Origin: Candidatus Hermodarchaeota archaeon
Lineage (GTDB): Archaea > Asgardarchaeota > Hermodarchaeia > Hermodarchaeales > Hermodarchaeaceae
Length of the DNA stretch: 10,677 bases
Assembly: GCA_016839805.1 (NCBI GenBank)
Contig: JAEOTO010000045.1
Coordinates: 1-10,677 of the forward strand
Direction: 5' to 3'
A model generated the notes under the pieces. The model had not been told where the DNA came from and made no database searches. It saw only the letters and a program-made list of their open reading frames with translations. This document shows, in pieces, positions 7,777 to 10,677 of this stretch. The first letter of the stretch is position 1; each line of letters begins with the position of its first letter. The position numbers and the translations under genes were made by a program.

Positions 7777-7908
7777 ATGAATAAAGAAACTTTGTTAACA
7801 GGTAAGAAACCTAAAGCATATAAGAAGCTTAAAGAAATGAAGAAAATTATGGGAGGGATATGGGACTTTGCTGATAGTATTGTAAAGTTGTCAATGTTCG
7901 TCTATTAG
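7777..7908 (+). CDS. Possible 43-aa small protein (MNKETLLTGKKPKAYKKLKEMKKIMGGIWDFADSIVKLSMFVY)
   Basis: Manual translation; a G-rich RBS-like AGGGGGGA lies upstream. It is the last and longest of a chain of mini-ORFs. No family recognised. Confidence 0.3.
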   Translation: MNKETLLTGKKPKAYKKLKEMKKIMGGIWDFADSIVKLSMFVY

Positions 7909-7971
7909 ACAGATAGAAACAGGAAATATAGCGATAGTAGACAAACACGAACCCCATATGGAGGTGATAAA

Positions 7972-8508
7972 ATGAATAAGAAAGTCTTGCTAATAGTCTC
8001 GGTGTTTCTACTCATGGTTGTAGGATACTCTGTTGTTTCAGCAAATGGTTCTTGGTCCCTTATAAAACATGAATCATACGATTTTGTTTCGAGTTCACCC
8101 TTTGAATTTGATAGCGTTTCAGAAGAACTGGAGGAGGGAAATAGGGTAGACTTGACGTTATCTACAACCGGATATACGTGGATTGATCTTGTGGATAATG
8201 AAACATTCTATGGCTTTTATTATGAACCCTATGCTCTTAATGTTGTTATACATCTCTACATGGCGACAAATTCTACTGAGACAGCGACATTCATTGTCCC
8301 GCATGATTCAAACTGGCACTTCGTGGTTCGAGCAGCCGAACAAACCACTTCTGAACTGACGATAGACATATACGAGTGGATTGAAGAACCCGTACTACCA
8401 GTGTTTTTCATTATTGAAATAGTGCTAGTGACAGCAGCAGTAATTGAGGGAATAATTATCGCAGCTTTAGCTGCACTTTTAGCCAAAAGGCGAACACAAC
8501 GAATGTGA
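7972..8508 (+). CDS. Type-I membrane protein: signal peptide, acidic beta-rich domain (possibly GOLD/jelly-roll-like), C-terminal TM helix and basic tail
   Basis: Strong RBS GGAGGTGA; signal peptide MNKKVLLIVSVFLLMVVGYSVVSA; N-glycosylation sequons NGS, NET and NST; long C-terminal hydrophobic segment followed by KRRTQRM; T7 run at 8601-8607 downstream. Confidence 0.8.
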   Translation: MNKKVLLIVSVFLLMVVGYSVVSANGSWSLIKHESYDFVSSSPFEFDSVSEELEEGNRVDLTLSTTGYTWIDLVDNETFYGFYYEPYALNVVIHLYMATNSTETATFIVPHDSNWHFVVRAAEQTTSELTIDIYEWIEEPVLPVFFIIEIVLVTAAVIEGIIIAALAALLAKRRTQRM

Positions 8509-8680
8509 CGAACATGCTAACGGGACTATTGTTTATCACGCCTATCGGAATTGCTCCGGTAGTATATGACGTTCAATACTATCCGAAAGTGTAGAACGGG
8601 TTTTTTCTTGCTGAAGAATTCTGATATTTTAGTTTAGCGGAATTATGTGAGTATAAAGGCGTCGGTTAAAAAAACTTGGC

Positions 8681-9556
8681 TTATTCTGTATCTCTCTTGG
8701 TCAAGAATCGAATGTAAATACGTAAGTCACGCAGCCTGATATAGAGAGCAGGTACGTTTTGTTGGTATTCAATGAAAGATTCACCAAACCTATCTTGGAG
8801 TTCCTTCTCCTCAACAAAATAGATGTGAGCCAGTAAACCAAATAAGAACATAAAGAAGAGCAACAGCGAGTAAACAGAGAAGCGAAGCCACAGGCCCCCC
8901 ATCGCGATGGACAACAATCCGAAATATGTTGGATGACGGATGACCGAGTATATCTCGTGTTTTTGAATCTGTGACTCAGCTGGATAGTAGAGGTACACCA
9001 GAGCCATGTAGTCAAATCCAAAGGTGAGCAATGCACTTCGGATTGTTAATAAACCAATGATTACGATGAACAAACTCAAGACGATTCGAATAGTAAAATC
9101 AAGTCCAACAGGAATACCCAGAAATGATATGAGGGACCTACAGAGCAGGGTCGTAATGGGATTTACAGGCGTTCCAGCTGGGAGAGTGTCTATTGGGATA
9201 TAAATGTGAATGCATATTGCAAAGATCCAAGAGATTCCAAAAACACCACGGGGTATCGCTTTCTGATATGCGAGTTCTCCAAATTCTGCTACATATCGGT
9301 CCCTGTTTTGCCAAACCCCCCAGATCGACCTGAAAGCAATTATCTCACACAAAAACACTCCTAGAGCCGGGAGAATTGGCTCAATCAAAACCAAAACCGT
9401 CATGTGCGGAAAAATTCTTGTTACTGAATCAATGAACAACATGAGGGTCAAAGCGATGCTGAATCCTAGGAGAATCAATAATCCTATTTCTACTACTCTC
9501 CAACCCAAGTACTTGGGAAGCTTTTCCTTCAGCTTGTCCAGACCCTTAAAATGCAT
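8681..9556 (-). CDS. ICMT/PEMT-family membrane methyltransferase, long form with N-terminal TM extension
   Basis: C-terminal motifs IYSVIRHPTYFG and VEEKELQDRFGESFIEYQQNVP; about 6-7 TM helices. Likely ATG at 9556 after GGTTGA (ORF track opens at TTG 9568). Confidence 0.88.
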   Translation of the reverse strand: MHFKGLDKLKEKLPKYLGWRVVEIGLLILLGFSIALTLMLFIDSVTRIFPHMTVLVLIEPILPALGVFLCEIIAFRSIWGVWQNRDRYVAEFGELAYQKAIPRGVFGISWIFAICIHIYIPIDTLPAGTPVNPITTLLCRSLISFLGIPVGLDFTIRIVLSLFIVIIGLLTIRSALLTFGFDYMALVYLYYPAESQIQKHEIYSVIRHPTYFGLLSIAMGGLWLRFSVYSLLLFFMFLFGLLAHIYFVEEKELQDRFGESFIEYQQNVPALYIRLRDLRIYIRFLTKRDTE

Positions 9557-9978
9557 CAAATTAATCAACCAATTGAAACGTATTTTCTATTCTTAAAATA
9601 AGTCTTAGTACCTCTAGGTCTTAGTTCATCAACAAAATAAAAGATTGCTAAATACTTTGAGGATTGAGATCCACTTTTCACCCTATCACGCACGCCTTCT
9701 CTTCTCTTTAGTTGATACTTCCGTGCAAAGTGAAAAATCCAGAATAAATTTCAGTAAGGCTTGGGCTTGTGAGTAAAAGCGTATTGGATGTCTAGGCTTC
9801 CTTCGAAACAGAGGGAACTAGCTTGAGGTTCTATTAGTTCCAGGAATAGCGGTCATCAAATTCGTCGTAGTAGATGGTGTTTGGCTTTTCACCTTTGGAG
9901 GGTTTGGTATTACAACGCCCTAATAGAAACCTTACAACGAGTGTCACATCACGGCTGCTTCAGTTTCTATAAGGGGAT

Positions 9979-10449
9979 CTAAGTTAGACGCAACTCGACA
10001 TAATAATGACTCATTAACCCTGGGAAAATAGTTGGTGAGAGATTAGGTGTGGCACAAATGTAATGGTTATGATATCTATTCCAAATCGTGTCATTTTCAA
10101 CAAATTCTAAGACGACTGGGTGACCATCAATGGCCATGACTATTTGCTCCTCAGTGATCTGGAATCCACTGATGTAATAACTCCATTTGAGCAACACTTC
10201 ACCATTCATCAAATCTGGTTCCGGTGTGACAACTAGTAATCCGAAACCCGATTTCACAGTGAGGGAGACGTTCCATTGACAAGTAGCTTCCCATCCACCA
10301 TGGTGTTGACCTGAGTCATTGAAGTTTAAGCTGCCAGTCAAAAAGAATTCAGGCTGGTTAACATAGATGAAGGTTCCAGCTGCAACAATGGTTGTGGTAA
10401 GAATGATGATAAAAGCCGACACAACCAATAGTTTTGTTCTTCTTTCCAT
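9979..10449 (-). CDS. Hypothetical protein with an N-terminal membrane anchor and a beta-rich, probably extracellular domain
   Basis: Likely start ATG 10449 (MERRTK followed by LLVVSAFIIILTTTIVAAGTFIYV); ORF track opens at 10503. Sequons NDS, NVS, NDT and NLS; two Cys. No family recognised. Confidence 0.7.
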   Translation of the reverse strand: MERRTKLLVVSAFIIILTTTIVAAGTFIYVNQPEFFLTGSLNFNDSGQHHGGWEATCQWNVSLTVKSGFGLLVVTPEPDLMNGEVLLKWSYYISGFQITEEQIVMAIDGHPVVLEFVENDTIWNRYHNHYICATPNLSPTIFPGLMSHYYVELRLT

Positions 10450-10677
10450 TTCACTTACATCCAGTGCAACCCAGTAATATTCTGTTATAGGACTCCGTTG
10501 CATAATATCCTAAGGATTAGAACACCTGACCTTGGTTCCTCTGCATTTTTAAGGGGCACATAACTGGCGATGGCTACTGGAACGCATATGATTGTGGTAT
10601 TGAAGAACTCGTAATGAAGTCTTCACAAGAGTCTAGAATCCAATCATCTCCTATTGCGGAGGTATACAGAGTTATAC

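Noticed and set aside
8256-9596. ORFs 8256..8486 (-), 8701..9036 (-) and 9402..9596 (+)
   Set aside because: Shadow or alternative frames of the type-I membrane protein and the long ICMT-family gene.
9834-9947. Minus-strand 37-codon GTG-start ORF (VTLVVRFLLG...YYDEFDDRYSWN)
   Set aside because: Short, with no convincing RBS or recognisable family; cannot be supported from sequence alone.
1-10677. CRISPR array, tRNA/rRNA, transposase/integrase or defence system
   Set aside because: I saw no regularly spaced repeats, cloverleaf/rRNA signatures or recombinase motifs. CPBP proteins are sometimes labelled Abi, but nothing here indicates phage defence.

Overview
This 10.7-kb window looks like an archaeal chromosomal segment, probably from an Asgard lineage. 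That is an inference from TATA/BRE-type promoters, GGAGG/GGTGA ribosome-binding sites, oligo-T terminators and eukaryote-signature genes. Its core is a translationally coupled pair: a longin-fold protein (3710-4528) and a Rab-like small GTPase with all five G-boxes and RabF-like motifs but no C-terminal Cys (4525-5073). Next comes a CPBP/Rce1-family intramembrane protease whose 3' end overlaps a convergent HtrA lacking a signal peptide. Flanking genes include two ICMT/PEMT-family membrane methyltransferases, two GNATs, a HEAT-repeat protein, a type-I membrane protein with a possible GOLD-like domain and two membrane hypotheticals. Candidate operator palindromes lie just downstream of TATA boxes at 424-439 (DtxR-like core) and 7288-7306, and a chain of overlapping mini-ORFs occupies 7533-7908. 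I saw no rRNA, tRNA, CRISPR array or transposase. All calls were made by eye; no searches were run.
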